Below are positions 49,601 through 59,446 of a stretch of DNA of 64,000 nt, piece after piece. This DNA is from a virus (Duplodnaviria > Caudoviricetes). A model generated the notes under the pieces. It searched no databases and was not told the DNA's origin. It was given only the letters and a program-made list of their open reading frames with translations. Each line of letters opens with the position of its first letter. The stretch's first letter is position 1. The DNA is taken from positions 35,361-99,360 of IMG/VR virus record IMGVR_UViG_3300028888_000084; one strand, written 5' to 3'. The translations under genes and the position numbers were made by a program.

Positions 49601-52373
49601 TTACTAATACCTCCCTACTAGCAAAATTCTTTCCTAAATAACTTATTTCACCAAGTGGATTTGATATTGGCATTATAAAGCTAGATGTCTTATCTTTTAG
49701 GTTTTTAAACATATATTTGCCATAACACTTCCACAAAATATCTTTATTCTTGCTTTTTATGTCAGTATAAAACATTGGAACTAAATAATTAACAAGTAAT
49801 TCGGTATTCGAACACACATTATTCATATTTTCCTTAAATTTATTATATACATTTTCGATTCTACTGTCTTCATCTTCGTTATACTTGTTTTTATCAAGAT
49901 CAAATCTCATTAATTTAAATTCTTCTGTTTCTTTAAAATATTTAATAACAACATCTTTGATTTTCTTATAAAGATCGTCATTATTAACAAAATCAGAAAC
50001 ATATTTTTTCCAACATTCATCATCAGATATAGTGCTTAAGTCATTCTTTAGTTCTTTTTGGAATTTCTCTATTCTCCAGCAAATTTTATTCATTTCACAA
50101 GGTGTGTTTATTACTGGCATAAAGTTATCATATTTTGATAAAAATACAATTTCTTCTTGTGTCTTATCTTGTTTTAAACGTAATTCATCAACAGTAGATC
50201 CAAACATAACACGACAATATTCATTTCTACCATTAACATATTTTTTATAATCATCTTTTATGTGTTTATACAAATAAGTAAAGAAATATGGTCTTTTTTC
50301 TATCAATATGTTGTTAAATAACTGTTTTTTAGCTTTAATTTCTTCTGTGTCATCATCAGATATATGTTGATATTTATACCAATGTTTAGGAAATTCTTTT
50401 ACACACACCCCTTTGGCTTTATCAATACTATTACCCTGTGCAACCCTTGTCATAATAAGCCTTTTCAATATTTCTTTGTATTCATCGCTTTCTTTATCAT
50501 ATAAATATAACATAGAATACATAGATGTGCTTTTATTTGTTATTTGACCTATATCAGAACCAAATGCTAACATGTCTGCCTTGCATAAATCTTCAAATGT
50601 CAATTCCTTTTTTTCTGTTGTTTTCTTTTGATATGCAACTGGTAATGTATCGGTAAACACACCATCAATTATTGTTTTATTAGATGTTGTAGCAACTATA
50701 TCCATATCAAAATCACTATCTGCGAATCTAATAACATCATCACCATGAACATTAAGTATTACACCAGTATTTATATATTTATACCAGTATTCAGTGTCAT
50801 CGTTTTTCTTTAAATGCAGTATATTATGTTCAGATCTATATGTTAATGGTGAACGCATTGCGTCAACGATATTTACATTTCTAACATTCCAATAATTACA
50901 GTAATGTTCTTTGTTTCCTAATAACCCTACAACAGGCATACCACAAATATGTTCCATCATAGCATAAGGATCGGAAACTAAAACTTGATAATTACCATAT
51001 AATAAAATTTCACCAAGACATGCTTTAGATATTTTTGATTTTATAGAATCATGTATTTTTTCTTGTATATATTTATCTTTTATCAAGTCATTATCTAATA
51101 ATAAGCATTTAAGCCAGTAATTATCACTGTATTTCAAAAATGCCACTACAGATTCCTCATTTATATTTTCGCCTAAAAGGAATAATATTGTATATAATAT
51201 ATCTTTGTATGACACTTTTTTTATCCAATCCATAGTAAGACTGCATATATCTTCTATTCCTTTATCGTCAAATTTTAATGTCTGCAAAGATTGATAATTA
51301 GAAACCAATATATCTTTATCATATTTAGGTGAATATCTTGATACTCCCCAATATAACTTGTTTTCTTCGCAATTCTTCTCATATTCATCAAAATTATCAT
51401 AGCAATCCCACATTTTAAATTGTGATTCACTTATAATCAAATCAATATTTCTTAAGTCTTTTTCCACACCATATATATCTTTGATTATATAATTATTATT
51501 ATTTTTTATTTTACAAAAGTCAACAAAGTCAAATACACATACCATACCTTTTATAAATGCATTTCTTATACAAAATTCTGCTGGTATATAATCTAAATCT
51601 AGTTCGTCAGCCCATTTTTTTGCTAAATTTGGACTTATTAAGCCTTGACCATCAAAATAATTGTATTCAAAATCAACTATTTTTTCGTCTATAATATCAT
51701 CTTTTAACGGCTCGTCAACTTCTGTAACCCAATTTACCAATGTAGGTCTTTTATCTAAATGATCTGGGACAACACACACACTTGGATTACTTACAACTTT
51801 TGTTGCAGAACTGCTTAAACCAAAATAAGCGTTGAATTTGCTAGGATTGAGCTTCTTACTATGCATACCATTAGTAAGTCTTCTATATAATTCATCCGAT
51901 ATATCTTGTTCAACCATTATAATTGTATTTACTCTTGCTTGCGATGCACTACAAGATATTCTTACATATTTTTTTCCATTTATTTTAATGCCGTTCTTGA
52001 TTATTTTTTTATAATGTGATATACTATCAATAACTACAGATACATATTCTGGTACAAACATTTTCTCATTTATCTGCTTATTTATCTCACGTACTAAAGA
52101 TGAATTTGATTTAGAAGGTGGTAATTTTTTATATTCATTTCTTTTTATAAAAAGCATTTCTATAAGATCTTTGTCTATATATCTGTTTTTTATATCACGA
52201 ATACTTCTTAACATTTGACTATCAGCCACAGCAACTATTTGACAGTTTTCTTTAGCTTTTTTAAATGTTATATTTATATCATAATTTTGATCTTGTAATA
52301 TTTTACTATTAAATTTATAAATATAAAATTGTCTATTTACAGCCAAATGATATCGCCTCCCATACAAAATCAT
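49593..52373 (-). CDS. yonO: YonO-type single-subunit DNA-dependent RNA polymerase (related to eukaryotic RNAi RdRP)
   Basis: SASQAR, DGQGLISP, IRNAFIKG, RSPL, DSDFDMD metal-binding loop, IGQITN and IDKAKG; sits upstream of the HU and structural genes as in SPbeta. Confidence 0.88.
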   Translation of the reverse strand: MILYGRRYHLAVNRQFYIYKFNSKILQDQNYDINITFKKAKENCQIVAVADSQMLRSIRDIKNRYIDKDLIEMLFIKRNEYKKLPPSKSNSSLVREINKQINEKMFVPEYVSVVIDSISHYKKIIKNGIKINGKKYVRISCSASQARVNTIIMVEQDISDELYRRLTNGMHSKKLNPSKFNAYFGLSSSATKVVSNPSVCVVPDHLDKRPTLVNWVTEVDEPLKDDIIDEKIVDFEYNYFDGQGLISPNLAKKWADELDLDYIPAEFCIRNAFIKGMVCVFDFVDFCKIKNNNNYIIKDIYGVEKDLRNIDLIISESQFKMWDCYDNFDEYEKNCEENKLYWGVSRYSPKYDKDILVSNYQSLQTLKFDDKGIEDICSLTMDWIKKVSYKDILYTILFLLGENINEESVVAFLKYSDNYWLKCLLLDNDLIKDKYIQEKIHDSIKSKISKACLGEILLYGNYQVLVSDPYAMMEHICGMPVVGLLGNKEHYCNYWNVRNVNIVDAMRSPLTYRSEHNILHLKKNDDTEYWYKYINTGVILNVHGDDVIRFADSDFDMDIVATTSNKTIIDGVFTDTLPVAYQKKTTEKKELTFEDLCKADMLAFGSDIGQITNKSTSMYSMLYLYDKESDEYKEILKRLIMTRVAQGNSIDKAKGVCVKEFPKHWYKYQHISDDDTEEIKAKKQLFNNILIEKRPYFFTYLYKHIKDDYKKYVNGRNEYCRVMFGSTVDELRLKQDKTQEEIVFLSKYDNFMPVINTPCEMNKICWRIEKFQKELKNDLSTISDDECWKKYVSDFVNNDDLYKKIKDVVIKYFKETEEFKLMRFDLDKNKYNEDEDSRIENVYNKFKENMNNVCSNTELLVNYLVPMFYTDIKSKNKDILWKCYGKYMFKNLKDKTSSFIMPISNPLGEISYLGKNFASREVLVND

Positions 52374-52903
52374 TCATCAAATGTCATTAAAGATAAAATG
52401 CTAAAAATTGTATCTTCTATTGAAGTATCGTTGTATACTATATAATCAACTTCATCTTCAATTCCATCGAAATCCACTTTATCTGTTTCACTTCTTCTTG
52501 CTATTTCTTTAATATCGTCACCACGCATTATTTGTCTTATATATCTTTTTTTGTCATCAGCAACTATATAAATACTTTTAAAATTTATATCTTTTCCTTG
52601 TAATTGACGCAATCCAGACGGAGTTAATATAATTAATTTATCATCACCTTCTAAATCCGATTTCGATGTACCATAGCACCATCCGTTACCAGCGATAAAA
52701 TATTCTGCAAATTCATCGTTTTCTAACATTTTATCAAATTCTTCTTTTGATATAAAATTATAATCAACACCTTGTTTTTCGCCTTCACGAATTGGTCTTG
52801 TAGTATTAGTAACAATTTTACTAAACTTGAAATTTTCTGTTAATACATCAACAATTTTACTTTTACCAGATCCACTTTTACCAATTATTACATAATTCAT
52901 CAT
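52370..52903 (-). CDS. gmk: Guanylate kinase
   Basis: GKSGSGKS, TTRPIREGEKQGVDYNF and YGT. Confidence 0.88.
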   Translation of the reverse strand: MMNYVIIGKSGSGKSKIVDVLTENFKFSKIVTNTTRPIREGEKQGVDYNFISKEEFDKMLENDEFAEYFIAGNGWCYGTSKSDLEGDDKLIILTPSGLRQLQGKDINFKSIYIVADDKKRYIRQIMRGDDIKEIARRSETDKVDFDGIEDEVDYIVYNDTSIEDTIFSILSLMTFDE

Positions 52904-53562
52904 ATCATCTCCCTATTGCAAACAAAAAAACATACAATTTTATATACATCATTCCAGTCATTAGCTATATATATTTCTTCATTTGGTTCAACTTTATTCC
53001 AATTGTTTTCAGAATTATTTTTTAATAATATTTTTATATCAGCATTTGAATTTCTTAAACATTTAACATTGTCATCTATAAATATACCACCAGACATATC
53101 AACAAATGTTTTATCACTTACATTATTTGTATCACCATAATATTCGTTATAATATATATTAGTTAAATAACATATATCATCTATCCAATTTCTTTTGTTT
53201 ATAAGATTTTCTTGTGTTCCTAATGTAACAAAATTAACACGACATTTTAAATTGTCAATAAAAACTTTTATACTTGCAAGTGCAGTTGTATTTATATACA
53301 TATAATCGTAATAAAAGTCTTTTTTATCAAATATTTTACGAACAGTTTCATTTGGTAAATCAGGAAATTTATCTTTGAAGTTATATTCCTTTATTTCTTC
53401 TGATTTAACTTCAGTATTATAGAATTTATTTAACAAATTTAAAACTTTACTTGTGCTATCAAATATAGTATTATCTATATCTACGAATATATTTAGTTTA
53501 TTCTTCATGGGTATACCCCCTTTCATGCTATTTATCATTTGACCATAAAAAAGATAAATCAT
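52900..53562 (-). CDS. HAD-family 5'(3')-deoxyribonucleotidase-like protein
   Basis: VDIDNT and FIDDN motifs; true start probably at MKNKL. Confidence 0.75.
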   Translation of the reverse strand: MIYLFYGQMINSMKGGIPMKNKLNIFVDIDNTIFDSTSKVLNLLNKFYNTEVKSEEIKEYNFKDKFPDLPNETVRKIFDKKDFYYDYMYINTTALASIKVFIDNLKCRVNFVTLGTQENLINKRNWIDDICYLTNIYYNEYYGDTNNVSDKTFVDMSGGIFIDDNVKCLRNSNADIKILLKNNSENNWNKVEPNEEIYIANDWNDVYKIVCFFVCNREMI

Positions 53563-54031
53563 ATATGTATCTCGTTCTTTTCTTTATCGATGGAACAATT
53601 ATACCACCATATTCGATTAAATCCTTTTCATTAATAGATTTCTTTTCTGTATTTTCACAGAATCTATTAAAATTATTTATATCTAACCAATATGTTGTAT
53701 TAGTCTTTCGATAGTTGAGTAAAAAACCACATATAATCCCATATCTTTGTGCGGAAGATAAGAATTTAATTTGGTCATATTTGATTTCACCCTTTTCTTC
53801 TTTTGTTTTAGCGAAAGAAATTGAAGTACCCTGATTACTTTTTAATTCAGCAGCAATTAAATATGGTTTCTTGTAGAAGAAGAAGTCACATTCATTTTTT
53901 AAGCTAAATCTTGTAAATCTACTGTCACGACCAAAAGACTGTGCGGGATCTTTTATTCTATAACAATAGACGTAATCTGGAATACTTTTTTTGATGTCTT
54001 CTTCGAATTTTTTACCTTCTTTTGTAGCCAT
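53528..54031 (-). CDS. recU: Holliday junction resolvase (RecU-like)
   Basis: GKKFEE, CDF, ELKS, Q and KKSIN motifs. Confidence 0.8.
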   Translation of the reverse strand: MATKEGKKFEEDIKKSIPDYVYCYRIKDPAQSFGRDSRFTRFSLKNECDFFFYKKPYLIAAELKSNQGTSISFAKTKEEKGEIKYDQIKFLSSAQRYGIICGFLLNYRKTNTTYWLDINNFNRFCENTEKKSINEKDLIEYGGIIVPSIKKRTRYIYDLSFLWSNDK

Positions 54032-54049
54032 ATTATCACCTACAAAAAT

Positions 54050-54137
54050 ATTATATCACAAATCGTTAAAATTGTCAACTATATTTTTTCTATTTTTTCT
54101 ATGTAATAATAATAACACATAATTTAATATTTGTCAA
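54050..54137 (-). promoter_or_regulatory. Tandem leftward SigA promoters (recU-gmk-yonO operon)
   Basis: TTGACA-17-TATAAT (54050-54078) and TTGACA-17-TATTAT (54109-54137). Confidence 0.8.
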
Positions 54138-54149
54138 CATAAAATTTAT

Positions 54150-54310
54150 ATACAGTAACAAGTACTTGTTACTAATAGTAACATGTATTTGTTACTATTA
54201 GTAATATTTATTATATATAATATATAATAAATAGAAAATATAAAATGACAATAGTAACTATTTGTAATATATAACTTGTTACTACTTGTAACAAGTACTT
54301 GTTACTGTAT
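54150..54310. repeat. Nested palindromic GTAACA/TGTTAC array (candidate origin or operator)
   Basis: 23-bp perfect outer inverted repeat, three GTAACA-N6-TGTTAC units and an AT-only central palindrome. Confidence 0.85.
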
Positions 54311-54486
54311 GCAATATAATTGCAAAATTATGCAATCACTTATATTATAGTAAATGCTTTTTTTGTACAATTTTCACGCAACAATAAACTTTTTCTTTTA
54401 CCAGCCCAAAATTTTACGTGTCATAACCTTTAGTAATCTCTTGTGAAAAAATGCCGCTTCCATTTTTTGGAAAATATAAAAAATAC

Positions 54487-54578
54487 TTGACAAAATGAAT
54501 AAAATATGGTAAAATAAATTTAGATTAAGCGAACATTGACAATTTAATATTGACACGCCGCATTTTTTGATGTATCAT
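54487..54578 (+). promoter_or_regulatory. Tandem rightward SigA promoters
   Basis: TTGACA-17-TAAAAT (54487-54515) and TTGACA-17-TATCAT (54550-54578). Confidence 0.75.
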
Positions 54579-54591
54579 TAATTCAAAGGAG

Positions 54592-54933
54592 ATGTTGCAT
54601 ATGATAAAAATAAATGATGAATGGTTCATCGATTCAGATTCATCTTGTTATATGTTAAAAAGATACTATACGCAAGATGAAAAAGAATTAAGATTAAAAA
54701 CGACAAAAGACAAAACAAAAACTATTGAAGATTATGACGATTATTTTGAAACATTTGGTTATTATTCAACTATGGAAAGTGCTATTGACGGATATATAAA
54801 ACATCTTATGCGTCTAAAAGTTGCAAAAGGTAAAATAACAACTTTCACACAATTTATAACAGAATTAAGAAAAATAAAAAAGGAAATATCTAATTTAATT
54901 TCGCCGATTAAAGAAGATGCTTCTAAAAAATAA
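54592..54933 (+). CDS. Hypothetical phage protein
   Basis: SD AAGGAG; FGYYSTMESAI motif. Confidence 0.6.
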   Translation: MLHMIKINDEWFIDSDSSCYMLKRYYTQDEKELRLKTTKDKTKTIEDYDDYFETFGYYSTMESAIDGYIKHLMRLKVAKGKITTFTQFITELRKIKKEISNLISPIKEDASKK

Positions 54934-54950
54934 ACGAAAGGTGATTTTAT

Positions 54951-56186
54951 ATGGAATTTAACATAAAAGACAAAGAAGTTGAAGATATAATAAAACAAGA
55001 ATTTAACAGACAACAAAACAATATTGAACTTATAGCATCTGAAAATATCGTTAGTGATGATGTGTTAAAGGCAACTGGTAGTGTTTTGACTAATAAATAT
55101 GCAGAAGGTTACCCATCACATAGATATTATGGTGGATGTGATTATGTAGATTTAATGGAAAATTTAGCGATAGAACGTGCACAAAAACTATTTAGCACAG
55201 ATTATCACGTAAATGTTCAGCCACATTCTGGTACCCAGGCTAATATGGCAGTATATTCAGCTTTATTAAAAGAAGGTGATACTATACTAGGTATGGGATT
55301 GCAATTTGGTGGTCATTTATCACATGGTTATCCAATAACTATGTCTGGTAAACTATATAATAGTGTTCAATATGGTGTTAAAAAGGATACAGGATATATA
55401 GATTATGATCAAGTCCGTGAATTAGCATTAAAATACAAACCAAAACTTATTATTGCAGGAGCAAGTGCATACCCAAGAATAATAGATTTTAATATATTTA
55501 AAAGTATTGCAGATGAAATTGGTGCATATTTAATGGTTGATATGGCACATATTGCAGGACTTGTGGCAACAGGGGTACACCCTTCACCATTTGGTATAGC
55601 AGATGTTATAACAACAACCACACATAAAACTTTACGTGGAACACGTGGCGGTATGATTTTTTGTTTACCATATTTAGCTGGTAAAATAGATAAAGCTGTA
55701 TTCCCAATGAATCAGGGCGGACCGTTAATGCACGTTATAGCTGGTAAAACAGTATGCTTAGGTGAAGCATTAAGCGAAGAATTTAAAAAATATCAAAAAC
55801 AAGTGGTATTAAATGCTAAAGTCATGTCTAAACGATTTATAGAAAATGGTATAGAATTAGTTACAGGTGGTACTGATAATCATTTAATGTTATTAAATTT
55901 AAAAAGTATAAACCTTACTGGTGATATCGCCGAAAAAGCACTAGAAAAGGTAAATATAACAGTAAATAAAAATTCTATACCTTTTGATACTGAAAAGCCA
56001 TCAGTTACAAGTGGTATTAGAATTGGAACACCTGCGATTACGACACGTGGCTTTAACGAAGAAGATTGTATTAAAATAGCTGATTTAATAACAAAAGTAT
56101 TGACAAACATAGATAAAAATGATATAATTGATGATGTAAGGAATGAGGTTAAGATTTTAACAGATAATCATCCTATATACAACTAA
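54951..56186 (+). CDS. glyA: Serine hydroxymethyltransferase
   Basis: [36 protein letters not shown] (PLP lysine) and QGGP. Confidence 0.97.
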   Translation: MEFNIKDKEVEDIIKQEFNRQQNNIELIASENIVSDDVLKATGSVLTNKYAEGYPSHRYYGGCDYVDLMENLAIERAQKLFSTDYHVNVQPHSGTQANMAVYSALLKEGDTILGMGLQFGGHLSHGYPITMSGKLYNSVQYGVKKDTGYIDYDQVRELALKYKPKLIIAGASAYPRIIDFNIFKSIADEIGAYLMVDMAHIAGLVATGVHPSPFGIADVITTTTHKTLRGTRGGMIFCLPYLAGKIDKAVFPMNQGGPLMHVIAGKTVCLGEALSEEFKKYQKQVVLNAKVMSKRFIENGIELVTGGTDNHLMLLNLKSINLTGDIAEKALEKVNITVNKNSIPFDTEKPSVTSGIRIGTPAITTRGFNEEDCIKIADLITKVLTNIDKNDIIDDVRNEVKILTDNHPIYN

Positions 56187-56194
56187 AATAATGT

Positions 56195-56233
56195 TATAGC
56201 AAGACATAAGTTCGCCGCAAGTGTCTTGCTATA
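56195..56233. other. Hairpin between glyA and thyX
   Basis: TATAGCAAGACA-15-TGTCTTGCTATA. Confidence 0.5.
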
Positions 56234-57146
56234 CTTACAAATGAAAGGTGGACACAATATGATAATAGTTAAACCTAAAATAATAAGTCCATACATTGAT
56301 GGAAAAGCAATAATGAAAAATATAGAAAAAGCAGGTAGGACTTGTTATAAATCAGAAGTAAAAGATGAAAATTCGTATAAAAACTTTATTAAAAATTGCA
56401 TAAATCGTGGTCATGAAAGTGTAATAGAACACGAAAAAATAAGTGTTAGACTTATAACGGACAGGGGAACTATGTGGGACATAACAAGACATAGACACTG
56501 TTCATTTAGTATAGAAAGTTCAAGATATTGTAATTATAGCAAAGACAAATTTGGTAATCAAATTAAAGTCATAGAACCATTTTTCTTAAAACCAGATATA
56601 CAAGACGAAAATAGTGAGGAATGGCAAAAATACAAGTCATGGATTACTGCTATGGAACAGTCTGAAAAATCTTATTTTGATATTATAAATAATGGTGGTA
56701 CACCAGACCAAGCAAGAATGGTTTTACCAGCATCATTGGCTACAGAAATATGTATGACTGCTAATATACGTGAATGGCGTCATATATTCAGTTTAAGATG
56801 TCAAAGTACAGTACATCCACACGTAAGACAAGTAATGATACCGCTTTTATTATATTTCAAAGAAAAAATGCCCGAATTATTTGACGACATTCCTTATGAT
56901 GAAGAATTTGCTAATAAATATAAAAATGATTTAGCAAAAATAGAAGTTGAATTTAATGATATACAACAATTTGTAATAAGTCAATATTGCAATATTATGG
57001 GAAAAGACGCATATGATGATGACGTAAACTTTGAAAAATATGAAAATGAAGATATAAAAGGAAAAATTGAAATATTAACTAAACTAATGGATTTAGTTTT
57101 TGTTGATAGCATAGAATACACTAAGAATGGGGAAAATAAATCTTAA
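56226..57146 (+). CDS. thyX: Flavin-dependent thymidylate synthase
   Basis: GHESVIEH, RHR-x7-SSRY, ARMVLP and NIREWRH..LR; real start probably at MIIVKP. Confidence 0.92.
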   Translation: MLYLQMKGGHNMIIVKPKIISPYIDGKAIMKNIEKAGRTCYKSEVKDENSYKNFIKNCINRGHESVIEHEKISVRLITDRGTMWDITRHRHCSFSIESSRYCNYSKDKFGNQIKVIEPFFLKPDIQDENSEEWQKYKSWITAMEQSEKSYFDIINNGGTPDQARMVLPASLATEICMTANIREWRHIFSLRCQSTVHPHVRQVMIPLLLYFKEKMPELFDDIPYDEEFANKYKNDLAKIEVEFNDIQQFVISQYCNIMGKDAYDDDVNFEKYENEDIKGKIEILTKLMDLVFVDSIEYTKNGENKS

Positions 57147-57159
57147 GAGGTGATTTAAG

Positions 57160-57306
57160 ATGCTTGGAAATATACTTGGACTTTTATTTGTAGAATCATT
57201 AAAAGGGTTAAGTAAAGGAAGTAAAAGTTCGTATAGAAGAACATATCATTCAAATTCATATAAAAAACATTCAAGAAGTTATAGAAGAAAAAGATTTAAG
57301 GGGTGA
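57160..57306 (+). CDS. 48-aa peptide with hydrophobic N-terminus and very basic C-terminus
   Basis: SD GAGGTG; MLGNILGLLFVESLKGLSKGSKSSYRRTYHSNSYKKHSRSYRRKRFKG; not in the ORF track. Confidence 0.6.
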   Translation: MLGNILGLLFVESLKGLSKGSKSSYRRTYHSNSYKKHSRSYRRKRFKG

Positions 57307-57312
57307 TGTCTA

Positions 57313-58053
57313 ATGATACAATTATATCAAGGCGATTGTCTAGAATTAATGAAAAATATTCCTGATAATTACATTGATATGATATTATGTGACTTGCCAT
57401 ATGGTACTACGGCTTGTAAATGGGATATTATCATACCATTCAATCTATTATGGAAACAATATAATAGGATTATAAAAGATAACGGTGCGATAGTATTATT
57501 TGCAAAACAACCGTTTACAAGCCAACTTGTTAATAGTAATTTAAAATATTTTAGATACGAATTGATATGGCAAAAAGATAAAGGTACAGACTTTGGAAAT
57601 GCCAATCGTAAGCCTTTAAATTCACATGAAAACATATTGGTATTTTATAAAAAGCAACCAACTTATAATAAGCAATTACTTGCTGGTAAACCATACACGA
57701 AGAAAAACTACAAAAATAATGATGATTCAGACTTAAATTTTAAGTCTGACAATTCTGGTATATGGGTTAATGATGGATTTAGGACACCAACTTCAGTAAT
57801 TAAATACGCACGTGATAATATACATAAAGGCAGCAATTTACATCCTACCCAAAAACCAGTGGCATTATTAGAATATTTAATAAAAACATACACAAATGAA
57901 GGCGAAATAGTATTAGATAATTGTATGGGTAGTGGTTCTACTGGAATGGCTTGTATAAACACTAATCGTAATTTTATCGGTATAGAATTAGACGAAGGAT
58001 ATTTCAATGTTGCAAGGGAAAGGATTGAAAGCAAAAGAAAAGTAGATATGTGA
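57313..58053 (+). CDS. DNA methyltransferase, N6-A/N4-C beta class (orphan)
   Basis: DLPYG motif IV, HPTQKP and LDNCMGSGST motif I. Confidence 0.92.
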   Translation: MIQLYQGDCLELMKNIPDNYIDMILCDLPYGTTACKWDIIIPFNLLWKQYNRIIKDNGAIVLFAKQPFTSQLVNSNLKYFRYELIWQKDKGTDFGNANRKPLNSHENILVFYKKQPTYNKQLLAGKPYTKKNYKNNDDSDLNFKSDNSGIWVNDGFRTPTSVIKYARDNIHKGSNLHPTQKPVALLEYLIKTYTNEGEIVLDNCMGSGSTGMACINTNRNFIGIELDEGYFNVARERIESKRKVDM

Positions 58054-58076
58054 GAATAATTTTTGGGAGGTAAAAT

Positions 58077-58262
58077 ATGAATCCAAATTACTTAGTTGCT
58101 TATACAGTTTTTGGAATTAAATACAATGGATTTAGGACTTCATATAGGGCTTTTGAAACTAAAGAAGAAGCACTAAATTTCATTAATAGAAAAAAAGCTA
58201 CAAACAATTTTGAATATATACTTTTTAAGAAAATGGAGGTGTGTGAAAATGAAAATAATTGA
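58077..58262 (+). CDS. Hypothetical protein
   Basis: SD GGAGG; ORF track. Confidence 0.6.
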   Translation: MNPNYLVAYTVFGIKYNGFRTSYRAFETKEEALNFINRKKATNNFEYILFKKMEVCENENN

Positions 58263-58794
58263 ATTATTGAATAAAATAGCCAATGGCGAAATAAAAGAAG
58301 GAACAAAATTGAAATTTGCTAATGATACTGAAATTTATTGTTTTGAAGGACAAACAATGACAATAGATGTTGATGAATTAAATACAGAAGTAGAAATAAT
58401 AGAAGAAAAGCAACAAGAGGGCATGTGGAAACCAAAAAAAGAAGAATATTGGTATATAGATAATAATGGCGAAGTTCATTGCCACATTTGGGTTGATGAT
58501 AATGCCGATAATTTTCTTTATCTATTCAAAAACGTTTTCAAAACCAAGCAAGAAGCAGAAGAATATCTTGAATATAAAACAGCATTGCTTGAAGCAGAAA
58601 AGCCATTTGAATATGGCGAGTACAATTACTTCATTAGTGTTGATATAGAAAGAAAGACACTTTATTTAGATTTCTTATCCACCACAATGGATCAAGGTGT
58701 AATTTATTTAGGAACAAGCGAAGATGTAGCACAAGCATTTATTGATAAGTGGTACAAGCAGATACTAAAATATGAATTTGGCATAGAGGAGTGA
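58210..58794 (+). CDS. Hypothetical phage protein
   Basis: Likely start at MKIIELL after GGAGG; WKPK..YWYI..NVFKTKQEA motif common in Firmicutes phages. Confidence 0.6.
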   Translation: MNIYFLRKWRCVKMKIIELLNKIANGEIKEGTKLKFANDTEIYCFEGQTMTIDVDELNTEVEIIEEKQQEGMWKPKKEEYWYIDNNGEVHCHIWVDDNADNFLYLFKNVFKTKQEAEEYLEYKTALLEAEKPFEYGEYNYFISVDIERKTLYLDFLSTTMDQGVIYLGTSEDVAQAFIDKWYKQILKYEFGIEE

Positions 58795-59243
58795 TATGTA
58801 TGACTAATTTTGATAAAGTGAAAGAATTATGGACTTTGGAAGATTTAGACGAAGATGATCCTATAGTTAAAGCTGGTTTTACATCACAAATTTGCGACAT
58901 TATTAGAATGATAAGAAATAAAAACCCACTTGAATATTGTTCACCATTTAATAGCTGTGATAGGTGTTATAAATGGCTAAAACAAGAATATAAAGAACCT
59001 ATATTGACAGAAGAAGAAAAGGAATATTTATCTAATGTTATAAAACCATTTAGAAATAAAGTATTAAGTATATCAAAACACAGATATTTACGTGTTACAC
59101 AAGGCGTTGATTATATAAAAATATACTTAAAAGATGATCTAAATGACGACTGTATCAATTTACCTAATTTCACCGCTGGTACAATGTATAAAGGAATGGA
59201 ATTGGGTGTAGATTATACACCAGAAGAATTAGGGATAAGGTGA
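58791..59243 (+). CDS. Hypothetical phage protein
   Basis: ILTEEEKEYL..VIKPF..MYKGME..YTPEELG motif family. Confidence 0.6.
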   Translation: MICMTNFDKVKELWTLEDLDEDDPIVKAGFTSQICDIIRMIRNKNPLEYCSPFNSCDRCYKWLKQEYKEPILTEEEKEYLSNVIKPFRNKVLSISKHRYLRVTQGVDYIKIYLKDDLNDDCINLPNFTAGTMYKGMELGVDYTPEELGIR

Positions 59244-59252
59244 TGATATAAG

Positions 59253-59426
59253 ATGAGTAAAAAATTCGATCTAGTAATAGATAATTATAACAAGTGCGAT
59301 CACTTGTTTTCTGGCAATTGTGAAAATGAAAAATGTCCATATTATGATAAGAAACCAGGAATGTATGGAATAGACTGTACCGAAGGAAGTTGTGAATTTT
59401 ACGAAGAAGAAAGCGGTATAATATAA
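59253..59426 (+). CDS. 57-aa Cys-rich protein
   Basis: SD AAGGTG; MSKKFDLVIDNYNKCDHLFSGNCENEKCPYYDKKPGMYGIDCTEGSCEFYEEESGII; not in the ORF track. Confidence 0.6.
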   Translation: MSKKFDLVIDNYNKCDHLFSGNCENEKCPYYDKKPGMYGIDCTEGSCEFYEEESGII

Positions 59427-59446
59427 ACAAAAGAGGTGAATAAGAC

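Noticed and set aside
54150-54310. CRISPR array
   Set aside because: Repeats are overlapping palindromes without unique, regularly sized spacers; no cas genes.
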